The notes under the pieces: model-generated
Databases searched by the model: none
What the model was told of the DNA's origin: nothing
Seen by the model: only the letters and a program-made list of their open reading frames with translations
Source: a virus
Taxonomy: Duplodnaviria > Caudoviricetes
Virus record (IMG/VR): IMGVR_UViG_3300005611_000102
Span: 1 to 34,942 of that record
Strand: one strand, 5' to 3'
Length of the DNA stretch: 34,942 nt
Position numbers and translations under genes: made by a program
Shown: positions 34,500 to 34,942 of the stretch, piece by piece
Numbering within the stretch: the first letter of the stretch is position 1
Layout: each line of letters starts with the position of its first letter

Positions 34500-34942
34500 A
34501 TGACAAACGCAACCATTGAAGGCATTTTTCCTGTGCCTATTTACACATCTAACATAGGCAGAGACTTTTCTGAACATGAACTGCTGTGTTTTAATGAGTT
34601 TAAGAAAAGTGTTCATAAAAACGAAGGCAACACTAACACTGTTAACAGCTATGTTCTAAAGGAATTTGGGCTAAGCGTTTTGCATGACCAAATTTTAGAG
34701 CATGTTAATTGTTTTTTTGAAAAAGTGTACATGCCGGATTACGAAATAAAGCCATACATAACTCAGTCGTGGCTTAACTTTACAGAAGAGAACCAGTATC
34801 ACCATCAGCATGAGCATCCCAATTCCATAGTGTCTGGTGTCTTGTACATAGATGCAGATAAAGAATTAGATAAGATACGGTTTTTCAAAACGCCAAGATA
34901 TGACGCTTTGCATTTTCACAGCAAAGAGTTTGGGTTCTTCAA
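34500..34942 (+). CDS. 2OG-Fe(II) oxygenase-like protein (TIGR02466-like), 5' part; continues at 1-252 across the circular junction
   Basis: ATG at 34500, MTNATIEGIFPVPIY...QSWLN...HHQHEHPNSIVSGVLYI; in frame with 1-252; not in the ORF track. Confidence 0.85.
   Translation, partial: MTNATIEGIFPVPIYTSNIGRDFSEHELLCFNEFKKSVHKNEGNTNTVNSYVLKEFGLSVLHDQILEHVNCFFEKVYMPDYEIKPYITQSWLNFTEENQYHHQHEHPNSIVSGVLYIDADKELDKIRFFKTPRYDALHFHSKEFGFF
34866..34942. repeat. 77-bp exact terminal repeat (copy 2)
   Basis: Identical to 1-77; 77 is a common assembler k-mer length. Confidence 0.95.

Noticed and set aside
34866-34942. 77-bp terminal repeat as a biological direct terminal repeat
   Set aside because: It falls in the middle of a CDS and its length equals a common assembler k-mer; it shows circular closure, not the physical end

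Overview
This window is a complete, circularly closed podovirus-type phage genome. Bases 1-77 are repeated exactly at 34866-34942, which is most likely assembly overlap, so the unit length is about 34,865 bp. A long + strand late operon starts at 12000 and wraps through the contig end to 4358. It encodes TerS, TerL, an HlyC-like acyltransferase, portal, scaffold, major capsid, T7-like tail tube A/B, internal virion proteins, tail fibres, three 2OG-Fe(II) oxygenases, holins and an M15 endolysin. The DNA-metabolism block (4359-9130) holds a DnaA domain-IV-like protein, an SSB, a Rad52/Sak-like annealase, a PD-(D/E)XK exonuclease, a resolvase and a C5 methyltransferase. A - strand early region of small ORFs follows (9363-11615). 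I could not recognise a DNA polymerase, primase, helicase, RNA polymerase, integrase or tRNA. From recall, gene content and order resemble marine HTVC010P-like podoviruses, and promoter shape suggests an alphaproteobacterial host; both are inference. The most notable signals are: (1) a canonical type II hammerhead ribozyme in the early operon, among structured spacers that share a repeated leader motif; (2) a perfect DnaA box inside a promoter pointing into an iteron/hairpin locus, together with a phage-encoded stand-alone DnaA DNA-binding domain; (3) an RTX-toxin-activating (HlyC-type) acyltransferase in the head module with no toxin; (4) no GATC site found in a by-eye scan; (5) a candidate small RNA with its own promoter and terminator. 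Family assignments come from recognising motifs, not from database searches.
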